Source: Nitrospirales bacterium
GTDB lineage: Bacteria; Nitrospirota; Nitrospiria; Nitrospirales; UBA8639
NCBI GenBank assembly: GCA_963555755.3
Contig: OY820905.2
Span: forward strand, 2,624,001 to 2,688,000
Direction: 5' to 3'
DNA length: 64,000 bases
In this document: positions 53,690-62,681 of the stretch, one piece after another
Layout of the letters: every line of letters begins with the position of its first letter
Position numbering within the stretch: position 1 is the first letter of the stretch
The notes under the pieces: model-generated
The model's input: only the letters and a program-made list of their open reading frames with translations
The model's database searches: none
Told to the model about the DNA's origin: nothing
Position numbers and translations under genes: made by a program

Positions 53690-54813
53690 TCACCGACGGG
53701 GTCCCGATCTTTCAGCCCGTGCCGGCCCCTACCGCTGACCAGCTTCAGGCATTACTCACGCGGATCATCACGCGGCTGCTGAAGATGCTCACGCGCCAAG
53801 GCGCGCTCATGGAAGAAGTCTCCGAGATTCCGTATCTGACCAATCCCGATGCCGATCCCGCCTTGGCCCCGCTGCAGGCAGCGGCTTGCACCTACCGCAT
53901 TGCCCTTGGCCCCCGAGCCGGCCAAAAAGTGCTGACGTGGAAAGATCCATCATTGCGCCTGGCCAGTCAGGAGGCGCCACAATCAAAGGGCGGTGTCAGT
54001 GCGCAAGGGTTCAGTCTGCATGCGGACACATGGTGTGGTCCCCAGCAGCGACAACAACTCGAACAGCTCTGTCGCGACATCACCCGTCCGGCCTTGGGCC
54101 ACAAACGCCTGCGCCGGACCCCAGCCGGCGAGGTCGTCCTCCAACTCAAAACCCCGTATCGCGATGGCACCACCCATCTGGTGATGAGCCCGCTGGAATT
54201 CCTGCAACGCCTCGCGGCCCTCGTCCCGCGTCCCCGACTCCATCTCATTCGCTTCCATGGCGTGCTGGCGCCCAACGCGGCGCTGCGGTCCCAGATCGTG
54301 CCCGGCGAGGCCGATCAGGCGACGGACCCCGCCAATGAGGAGGGCGATGCCCTCGCTCCTTCAACACGAGCCCGCCTAAACTGGGCGCAATGACTCAAAC
54401 GTGTCTTCGCCATCGATATCACCACCTGCCCGCAGTGCGGCGGGCCATTGACCATCCTCGCGGCGATCGAGGATCCTGCGGTGATCATCAAGATTCTCAC
54501 GCACCTGGGCTTGCCGAGCCGAGCCCCACCACGAGCCCCGGCCCGCCTCGACGCGTTCATGCAGACAGCCTAAGCTTCCACCTGGATTCCGGTTCGGGGC
54601 CCGAACCGACACCCCCTTTTTTGCCCAGTTCCCCTTCGCACACGCCACAATGGTGCGTCATGCTGGGCCTGATCCATGGCAAAAGAGCCAGTCAGGCCCG
54701 TCGCGCAGGGTCATTCCTTCATGGCAGACTCTGGAGGTGGCAGATTGCCCCCACAATGAGGTCTTTGGTACTTTCCGGTTCAGTCAAAAAGGGCTTTTAA
54801 AATTCCTATTCCC
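53690..54813 (+). mobile_element. IS91/ISCR element copy 3 (3' half and oriIS; right border of island)
   Basis: Near-identical to ~41720-42844. Confidence 0.9.
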
Positions 54814-54940
54814 TTTCTCATTCTCTACATATTCAGCCCATACAATCCTGAAAAGTAGAAAAGAAAAGTGCTTAGAAAATGGTAGTGTCAACTTAATAGA
54901 AATTCCACACTGAGTACCCAATTCGTCCCAAGATAATCCA

Positions 54941-55081
54941 GGGCACCTCTTTAAACCGTCCTTTTCCGTGATGGCGGCGTCAGGCGCGTGCTCACATCCT
55001 CATGTATTCGCCCATACACTTCGGTTTTCCGCGCGCGGCTTCCTTGCCCTCACAAAAAATGCCTGGTTTTTAGAGGTGCCC
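54941..55081. mobile_element. MITE family A, copy 3 (inverted)
   Basis: Same IR; TSD TCCA. Confidence 0.9.
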
Positions 55082-55307
55082 TCCATTGATTTATCGGGGA
55101 TTAGGCTGTGCCCTCTACACGTTCGCTCAGCCAAATCTGGCTTAAGCTGACAATACCCTCTCTCTCCTTGGCCGTCGGCTAAATCGTAACCTGACAAGCC
55201 CGCACAGCCCCCGCTTTATGACAAGTAGATAGGCCCCACCCCCAAAAAGCCCCACCGCCGAAACGATGAGGCTCTCAGTTTGGGTGACGCTGTTATCGAT
55301 GATTCGT

Positions 55308-55925
55308 TTATGCCGATTTCATCTTCTTCCTTATCCGGTAGCCAATGAGTCCGGCTATGCCTGTACCCAACAGCAATATCGTGCTGGGTTCGGGGTTCGG
55401 GATGCTCCTCGATGGCTCCGGACCAAAAGCTTGTGTCCCATAGAAAGTAAGATGGGAGATAGTGAATTGGTTCCCATTGTTTCCGGCAAGCCCAAAGGTT
55501 GACCACAGACCCCTCGTAACCGACCCATCGACATTGAGGTAATCTTGAAGGAGAAATGTGTTGCCAGCTTTGGCAACCACAAAGTCGATAGCTATATCCG
55601 AAGACCATGTTCCACTAAACATATCTCCATCCACTGTCACGGTCACGCCATTCCCATCCACCCCTGGAGGGTCAGATTTAAAGATCTCTATCACGGACAT
55701 CTCAACGATGCTCGAAATGGTTCCTTCAGAATCATTGCCCGTGAATGGCCCCAGCACCGTACAACCAACACCAATGTTACAGGGATCGAGCATCGGGGTT
55801 GCGGCTACATTGTTGGCTAACCCAAGGGTGAGTAAGAACACGATGGAAATACTTCCAAAGATCTTTTGGAATAACTGTTTCTTTTTCAATAATTCAGTCC
55901 TACATGTGAGAGATAACTGTTTCAT
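55308..55925 (-). CDS. PEP-CTERM sorting domain protein
   Basis: C-terminal NPEPSTILLLGTGIAGLIGYRIRKK; signal-like N-region. Confidence 0.88.
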   Translation of the reverse strand: MKQLSLTCRTELLKKKQLFQKIFGSISIVFLLTLGLANNVAATPMLDPCNIGVGCTVLGPFTGNDSEGTISSIVEMSVIEIFKSDPPGVDGNGVTVTVDGDMFSGTWSSDIAIDFVVAKAGNTFLLQDYLNVDGSVTRGLWSTFGLAGNNGNQFTISHLTFYGTQAFGPEPSRSIPNPEPSTILLLGTGIAGLIGYRIRKKMKSA

Positions 55926-56637
55926 AAATTTCCATCTCCTTGATAAACCATGAGAGGTGACTAGTCACTATAAAGACAAGTAGGAACCTCTCAATCTTTA
56001 AATGTTTAGGCTGGAAACGCTCTCTCCCCCGGTTCCTGATCGAAGAAAAAAGTATTCGCCTCCTCTGCTATTTGAGTATTGCGTTTCTTCTTAATCCATT
56101 GGTGTCTTAAGAACATATCGGTCAAATACAACTTTGTCACAACAGATATGGACCTGGAAAGGGGGGAGAGTTCGACATGCTGCTGCCCAAAAAAATTACA
56201 AGGCGATTCCGATTCGCAAGGATAAGGCCATAAACACAGACGAGGTTTTTGGTAGGGAACACCAATCAGAAAAACCGTGCACTAATCGATACAAACAGAA
56301 GGCACAACGCAAAACACCCGTTCCGATTTCACTTAGTCAGGCTCGTTTCAATAAGGTGGAAACGATGATTCTCTTGGTCTGCACATGGAAGCGGTAAGAA
56401 TTTTCCCACATGATCCGGAAAGCAATTGATGTCTCGTACCCACCTTTTTCCAAGTTCACAACTTCAGGCAATGAACAGCAAGATCATAAAAACACGGGAC
56501 AATTGGGAGGGCCGGACGCTTTTGGGCTACCCCGGCGTCGCTCATCGCTTCCATACTCCCGGTATGCGCGCTCTTCGCTCCTTGGCTCGCTCCAAAATCG
56601 TCTCGGCCAATTGTCTCGGTTATTTCGTGACGGACCC

Positions 56638-57025
56638 TAAGGACCTACGAGAAAATAACTTGATCAATATCGCGCCAAGATTTGGGTCGGATTTGGACGG
56701 AACGATTGCGAAACACTCGAGGCATAGCACAGCTATGGTGAGGGTTTTTCGATTGAGGCCCGTTCAAAGATGGCCCGAAGATTGGATGCGAGATTGATCA
56801 AGTTATTTTCTCGCAGGTCCTAAGAGCTTGCGCGGACTTTGGTGATCCAACTGCTGCTTCTAGGTTCAATGATGGCCCGAAGATTGGATGCGAGATTGAT
56901 CAAGTTATTTTCTCGCAGGTCCTAAGAGCTTGCGTGGACTTTTGTGATCCAACTACTGTTTCTAGGTTCCAAGATGGCCCGAAGATGGGATGCGAGATGT
57001 CCAGAAGGTATTTTTTAACAGGCCC
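56638..57025. repeat. MITE plus tandem partial duplications of its right end
   Basis: IR GGACCT.CGAGAAAATAACTTGATCAAT with TAA flanks (56638-56823); ~100-bp unit GATGGCCCGAAGAT.. at 56769, 56871, 56973. Confidence 0.7.
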
Positions 57026-57673
57026 TTAGGAGAGGTGTTGCCCGGTCACCTTGTTTAAAGCATCTTGGTCAGCCAGGGTCAGGCGGTAGCCTTTTGTGAA
57101 CAAGGCTTGCATACCATCGGTTAACACAGAGAATTCTACGTTTTCGTGAACGGTATCAAACATCCCATTGAGTTTGGACAGATGCTGTAAGGCCCCGTCG
57201 TGTTCCAAATAGCCCACACCGACGGATTCGAACACATCTTGAAGCTCCGTGGAATCGTATTCCCCATCGTCGTTCCGATCCCCCACCAACGCGAATTGAT
57301 AAAACGTAAGACTGAACGACAGTGACGATTGCGTTTGGGCAAAGGCGGCTCTGGCTCCGTTGATACTATCGGGGTAGTCGGTTAAACAAGGATTCTGCTC
57401 AGAGTCACGACCAATCGGTTGAAAGGAGAGTTGTTGGACTTCCGGACGATTATGCTTTTTCTTCTTTAATTGTTCGTAATGCCATGTGGTACAGATTTCG
57501 GCGGCGGCGAATTCCACTTTGTCTTTCATGATTTGTTCGGAAATGTGATGCGTGAACCCAACAAATACTCCAGCGGTCACCGCGGCAAATAGGGTCGCCC
57601 CACCACACCAAGCGACCACAGATCCCACAATGAGAATTTGCAGGCAACGTGTTCTGAGGAAACTTTTTTGCAT
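57026..57673 (-). CDS. hypothetical exported/membrane protein
   Basis: N-terminal hydrophobic segment; EF-hand-like DRNDDGEYDSTEL. Confidence 0.65.
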   Translation of the reverse strand: MQKSFLRTRCLQILIVGSVVAWCGGATLFAAVTAGVFVGFTHHISEQIMKDKVEFAAAEICTTWHYEQLKKKKHNRPEVQQLSFQPIGRDSEQNPCLTDYPDSINGARAAFAQTQSSLSFSLTFYQFALVGDRNDDGEYDSTELQDVFESVGVGYLEHDGALQHLSKLNGMFDTVHENVEFSVLTDGMQALFTKGYRLTLADQDALNKVTGQHLS

Positions 57674-57791
57674 GACGTCAGTATACCACCCGTCTAATGT
57701 CGGAGCTAGGGAAAATTCACAAACCCCTTAATTTAGTGAAGAAATTTTCCGATTGAGTGGATATGACCATTTATCCACGAAGGTGTAGAAT

Positions 57792-59066
57792 ATGACTATG
57801 GCGACTGAATCCGTAACCCTCGAAGGACATATTATTGACTCCCTCATCCTGGCCAAGGTGCTCGACACCATCCTCCAAATGGGTGGGACCTTTGACATGA
57901 AAGAAATAAAAGTGGGAGCCACTCGCGAGGAATCGTCTTTGACAAAAATCAAAGTGCAGGCGGACTCCCCCCAGCTTCTCGATGAAATCTTACAAGCCAT
58001 ACAACCGCATGGAGCCGTTGTCGATCAGATCGCCGATTGCACGATCGCGCCCGCCCCGAAAGAAGGCGTGTTGCCGGATTCGTTTTACGCCACATCACAC
58101 CTGCCCACCCAAATTCGCGTCAATGATCAATGGCTTGATGTCGAGGCCATTGAAATGGATTTAGCTATTCGAATATCAGGAGATCCTCCAAAAGCTCACA
58201 CAGTCCCCATGGCCGAAGTGAAAACGGGTGACATGATCGTCACGGGCCGTAATGGCGTACGCGTGTTTCCGTTGGAGCGCCCGAAAGAACGTGATGTGTT
58301 CGCGTTTATGGAAGCACAAGTATCATCGGAGCGCCCACATCAACATATTATTACGGACGTGGCCAAACGCATGCGAATGATTCGCGACAATCGGCACAAG
58401 GCGCTTACGCAAGGTGAGGCCGCATGTGATCCCGAACTCGGGACCAAAGTCCTCCTTGTCGGTGGCCCCGCCATTGTGCATGCCGGAGGCCGCGACGCCC
58501 TCTCCTGGCTGATCGATGAAGGATTTATCCACCTGCTGTTTTGCGGCAACGCCCTTGCAGCACATGATATGGAAGCCAGCGTGTACGGCACCTCTTTGGG
58601 CTACGGTTTATGCGCAGGCCGAACCGTGCCGCATGGGCATGAGCATCACCTGCGTACCATCAATATGGTTCGTTCCGCGGGCAGCATCAAACAAGCGGTA
58701 GAATCGGGACTGATCAAAAACGGCATCATGGCATCCTGCGTACATCAAAACGTGGATATGGTGTTGGCCGGCAGCATTCGCGATGATGGACCCCTGCCCG
58801 ACGTCATCACCGATTCCGTTCAAGCCCAAGGGGCCATGCGTGCGGCCCTTCCAGGAGTAGGACTCGCCATTATGATAGCAACCACTCTTCATTCCATTGC
58901 CACTGGCAACTGCCTGCCGGCCAAAGTCCCAACCGTGTGCGTGGATATTAATCCAGCCGTCCCCACCAAACTCAGCGATCGTGGCAGCTTTCAAGCCGTT
59001 GGACTCGTGATGGATTCGTCATCCTTCCTTCGGCAATTAGCGCAAGAACTCAGTTGGCATGGCTAA
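57792..59066 (+). CDS. TIGR00300/LOR-SDH family protein (ArgZ/AgrE C-terminal, ornithine cyclodeaminase-like)
   Basis: GHIIDS, FMEAQVSSE, GPAIVHAG, GNALAAHD, LAGSIRDDGPLP, HSIATGN, KLSDRGS. Confidence 0.88.
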   Translation: MTMATESVTLEGHIIDSLILAKVLDTILQMGGTFDMKEIKVGATREESSLTKIKVQADSPQLLDEILQAIQPHGAVVDQIADCTIAPAPKEGVLPDSFYATSHLPTQIRVNDQWLDVEAIEMDLAIRISGDPPKAHTVPMAEVKTGDMIVTGRNGVRVFPLERPKERDVFAFMEAQVSSERPHQHIITDVAKRMRMIRDNRHKALTQGEAACDPELGTKVLLVGGPAIVHAGGRDALSWLIDEGFIHLLFCGNALAAHDMEASVYGTSLGYGLCAGRTVPHGHEHHLRTINMVRSAGSIKQAVESGLIKNGIMASCVHQNVDMVLAGSIRDDGPLPDVITDSVQAQGAMRAALPGVGLAIMIATTLHSIATGNCLPAKVPTVCVDINPAVPTKLSDRGSFQAVGLVMDSSSFLRQLAQELSWHG

Positions 59067-59871
59067 CAAGATGGGACGCATACTCGTTTGCCCACCGGAT
59101 TATTTTGGAATTGAGTACGAAATCAATCCATGGATGCGTGTGTCCGACGCCACGGATCCCGACACAAGCAAAGCCCAATGGCATAATTTAGCGCGGGTGC
59201 TCGAAGAAGATGTCGGGGTCAAACTCGAACGGATGACCCCAATCAAAGGCCTGCCCGACTTAGTGTTCACCGCCAACGCGGGTGTGCTCCATGATGGCAA
59301 AGCCGTCATCAGTCGGTTCCGGCATCCGGAACGACAAGGAGAAGAGGAACACTTCGAACGCTGGTTCCGGGAACATGGCTACCAAGTGATCTTGCTAAAC
59401 AGAGATTGCTACTTTGAAGGAGCCGGGGATTTACTGGGCTTCCCCGACACATGGTTCGGAGGGTATCGACAACGTAGCGACATCAAAGCCTACAACGTCT
59501 TAAGCGACATTTATGGAAAAGAAATTTTGCCGCTGGAACTGGTCACGGAGCAGTTTTATCACCTAGACACGTGCTTCTGCCCACTCAGTGGCGGCGAATT
59601 GTTGTACTATCCCGGAGCATTCGACATGTACGGCCAAAACACCATTGCCCATCGTGTCGAAGAACATCGACGCCTCGTGGTGCCACAAGCCGAAGCCGAA
59701 CGCTTTGCCTGCAACTCCGTGTGCGTAGGCAAGCATGTCGTGCTCCCCACAGGGTGTCCCGAAACCATGGCCATGCTCAAAGACCGCGGCTACACCACCC
59801 ACCCCATCGAACTCGACCAATTCCTCAAATCCGGCGGCTCCGCCAAATGCCTCACCCTTGCGTTGGACTAA
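59059..59871 (+). CDS. amidinotransferase-superfamily enzyme (arginine dihydrolase/dimethylargininase-like)
   Basis: YEINPWM, LPDLVFTANAG, FEGAGD, YHLDTCF, GGSAKCLT. Confidence 0.88.
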   Translation: MANKMGRILVCPPDYFGIEYEINPWMRVSDATDPDTSKAQWHNLARVLEEDVGVKLERMTPIKGLPDLVFTANAGVLHDGKAVISRFRHPERQGEEEHFERWFREHGYQVILLNRDCYFEGAGDLLGFPDTWFGGYRQRSDIKAYNVLSDIYGKEILPLELVTEQFYHLDTCFCPLSGGELLYYPGAFDMYGQNTIAHRVEEHRRLVVPQAEAERFACNSVCVGKHVVLPTGCPETMAMLKDRGYTTHPIELDQFLKSGGSAKCLTLALD

Positions 59872-59920
59872 AAACTTCCGCAGAATCCTTCATATTAATT
59901 TTCGATTGAGTTTTTAACCG

Positions 59921-60263
59921 CGTTGGGCGCGGCGGAGCCGCAGCACCGAATCGACCCCTTTGGCGAGCACTGTCTGAGCGGAGCGAGTTGCGCAGCCATC
60001 TTGATTCGGTGCGGAGGCGGAGGGACCCCATAGGGGCCGCGCATAGGCAAAAATGGTTTTGGGTCCTTTTAGAGACTGTTCCAAAATCCCGCCAGCAGCG
60101 TTCTCGTTGCTCGAAGGCCTCAACGTACGGCCTGTACGCCTCGGCCTTCTCGCGGCCTGCGGCCTTGCTGGCGAACTTTTTGAACAGTCTCTTTTGCCGA
60201 AACAAAAGAGCCTGTCCTGAGCCAACGCCGAAGGAACCTCGTCGCGCCGGGGCGAAGCCCGGC
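59921..60263. repeat. structured intergenic repeat, copy 1, with nested MITE (~60071-60192)
   Basis: Homologous to 61740-61928 with compensatory stem changes; nested IR AGAGACTGTT/AACAGTCTCT. Confidence 0.65.
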
Positions 60264-60293
60264 ATAAATAAATTCCAGAATCCTTTTAAAATA

Positions 60294-60626
60294 ATGTCCA
60301 CCGAACCCTACTTCGAAATCAATCCAGACCCCGATACCGCCAAACACATTCGCAAAGAACGCGAAAAAGCCCGCATACTCAAACGCACCCCCTGGTGGAA
60401 AAACCAACTCCACAAAGGCACCTGCCACTACTGCGGCCAGCAATTCAAAGCAGACGAACTCTCAATGGACCACATCGTACCCCTAGCCAGAGGCGGAAAA
60501 TCCACCAAAGGCAACATCGTCCCATCTTGTGTGGAATGTAATAGGAAGAAAAAACTAGAAACCCCAGCGGAGGCGGTACTTAAAAAACTGAGTCCCCCCA
60601 AAAAAGGAACGGAGGACTTATATTAA
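60294..60626 (+). CDS. small HNH endonuclease
   Basis: CHYCG, MDHIVPLARGG, NIVPSCVECN. Confidence 0.88.
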   Translation: MSTEPYFEINPDPDTAKHIRKEREKARILKRTPWWKNQLHKGTCHYCGQQFKADELSMDHIVPLARGGKSTKGNIVPSCVECNRKKKLETPAEAVLKKLSPPKKGTEDLY

Positions 60627-61321
60627 GTACAGGTATTTTTGGATTCTTCAAAAACAGAAACACCTAAGATCTCTGGTGCCCAATCACGAAAGGCTTCTTC
60701 TCTAACTGCGTAAGACACCGAAGTTGACCTATCGTTCAGCTTTTCTCCGACGTATATTCCAATCACATCCCATTCCGGCGCGGTGAATTTACAAACAGGA
60801 GCACCAGAACATCCACTCCCGGCGATTTCGCTTAGCTCATAAAAAGAACAGCCCTGTATCAATGGAAGTTTTCCCGTAAAACGCCTGCGGACATACCCCT
60901 CGTTGTAAATTAGGTCAGGGCGAACAACGGCCTGACCTCCATCGGTTGACTCATAAGTGGTATCATCAGGGTAACCAAACAGACGATACTTACAAGAGGA
61001 ATATTCATTGCTATTGCTTAGCCGAAAAAAAGACTTCCATGGCCCACCATCAAGTTTTAACAGGGCAACATCTTCATCAGAATGCATGAGACTTGATACA
61101 ATTTCATATCCCAACCATCCACCCTCTGGATGAGCAAACATGGCAATTTTACGTTCTGATTCGGACCCACATATTACATGCTTTGCCGTCAGAGCAAATC
61201 CTCTATTACCTATGAAAAAACCAGAGCCAAGAATACGTTTTATAGCAATTTCGCTTGCCCTGCGTTCTGCAGTAGCAATGGGGAAAATATAATCCCTTAT
61301 TGCATCAGACTGCGTAAACAT
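60623..61321 (-). CDS. trypsin-like serine protease
   Basis: LTAKHV, DVALL, GCSGAPV triad; lower GC. Confidence 0.8.
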   Translation of the reverse strand: MFTQSDAIRDYIFPIATAERRASEIAIKRILGSGFFIGNRGFALTAKHVICGSESERKIAMFAHPEGGWLGYEIVSSLMHSDEDVALLKLDGGPWKSFFRLSNSNEYSSCKYRLFGYPDDTTYESTDGGQAVVRPDLIYNEGYVRRRFTGKLPLIQGCSFYELSEIAGSGCSGAPVCKFTAPEWDVIGIYVGEKLNDRSTSVSYAVREEAFRDWAPEILGVSVFEESKNTCT

Positions 61322-61446
61322 TTTCTATGTGTTCCAATGCTCAATTATTTAAGTCAAACGTTTTCCGAGTCCATTCGCGATTGCCCAAATGAGATCTAAA
61401 CTCTGCCATATCATCAAATGAATCTGATTCTGTTAACAAAAAACAA

Positions 61447-61695
61447 TCAATCTTCAGGGTACAAACCCTCTAACGCCTCATACCGCTCCTTCGCCTTCTT
61501 CGCCCATTCCGAATCCGGATGGTCGCGAAGGATCTGCTGATACAACTCTTTCGCATGCGCAAAATTGGTTTGCTTCTCCTCAAACTGCGCAGTCCCAAAC
61601 AAACTCTCCGGACTCTCCCCTCCACACCCCACTGTAAGGGCAAGTAGTAATCCCACCATGACCAAAAATAGCGTAGCTGTTTTTGATTTTTTCAT
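61447..61695 (-). CDS. small TPR-like lipoprotein
   Basis: Lipobox TVGC; YQQILRDHPDSEWAKKA; AGGAGG RBS. Confidence 0.75.
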   Translation of the reverse strand: MKKSKTATLFLVMVGLLLALTVGCGGESPESLFGTAQFEEKQTNFAHAKELYQQILRDHPDSEWAKKAKERYEALEGLYPED

Positions 61696-61739
61696 GAGCT
61701 TTTAATTCCTCCTAATAAGTATTGTCTTAGGCAGCCCGC

Positions 61740-61928
61740 ATTGGGTGTGGCTTCATCACCTTACCGAATCCGACTTTCTGGCGAAGACTGTCTGAGCGTA
61801 GCGAGTTTCTGAGCCATCATGATTCGGTAAGGTGATGAAGGGACCCGTAGGGACACACACGGGCGGAAATGGTTTTGGTCCCTTTTGCCGAAACAAAAGT
61901 GCCTCGTCGCGCGGGGACGAAACCCCGC
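61740..61928. repeat. structured intergenic repeat, copy 2
   Basis: CTGTCTGAGCG.AGCGAGTT, CTTTTGCCGAAACAAAAG and GGGG.CGAA.CCC shared with copy 1. Confidence 0.65.
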
Positions 61929-61937
61929 AGAAATGAA

Positions 61938-62681
61938 TCACCGCCTCATCATCATGATCCACCGCCAAATATTCAACAACCCTCCGAGAGAAGCCGCGAC
62001 ATAGGTTAAGGCCGCTGCCGTTAATATTTTTCTCGCCCCCTCCATATCCGTCGGAGAAATATAATGTCCCTCTTCTAACACCGGAAGGGCTCGACGAAAG
62101 CTGGCATCCCATTCAACCGGCAGTGTGACAAGATGCACCAACGCACCAATCGACATGATCGCAAGGCCAGCCATAAAAACCAGCACCCCACCTGCAGGTG
62201 AACGAGTTACCATTGCCATGAGGGGGATCCCCATCATCACAAAGGAACCAATTTTCTCCGCCCCCTGCGCCACCCGAACAAGTTTCGTGCGTTCATGAAG
62301 TGGCTTGTACCCTGTTTTATCTTGGATCGCATGCCCGACTTCATGGGCCGCGACCGTGACTGCGGTCAGCGACTTGCCATTATAATTATCCGGCGTGAGA
62401 CGAACGACTTTCGCTTGAGGATCATAGTGATCCCCAAGCTCCGTGGTTTCCACCTGTACATCCTGCATCTCAAACCGATCGAGCAGATGCCGAGCCAGCT
62501 CACCACCAGTTCCGGAATACTCTTCCCGATGCCCTCGATATTTTTTAAAGACATATTTGGTCCACAACTGCGGACCAATGAGAATGGCCAGGACGATGAT
62601 TAATAGAAGGATGCCTCGAATCATGTGAGAAAAGATTGTGAACGTTACGAAGAACAACTCACGACCAAACGTTTGCCCCAA
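61938..62681 (-). CDS. YugP-like neutral zinc metallopeptidase (start probably ~62624)
   Basis: GDHYDP, AAHEVGHAIQ, TLPVEWDAS.RAL, AAALTYVA. Confidence 0.9.
   Translation of the reverse strand: MGQTFGRELFFVTFTIFSHMIRGILLLIIVLAILIGPQLWTKYVFKKYRGHREEYSGTGGELARHLLDRFEMQDVQVETTELGDHYDPQAKVVRLTPDNYNGKSLTAVTVAAHEVGHAIQDKTGYKPLHERTKLVRVAQGAEKIGSFVMMGIPLMAMVTRSPAGGVLVFMAGLAIMSIGALVHLVTLPVEWDASFRRALPVLEEGHYISPTDMEGARKILTAAALTYVAASLGGLLNIWRWIMMMRR

Noticed and set aside
33759..54393. TGA recoded as Leu (in-frame TGA at Leu positions of several transposases)
   Set aside because: The intact IS630 has TTA at the same codon, TGA is a normal stop in host genes, and a general T->G bias explains it.
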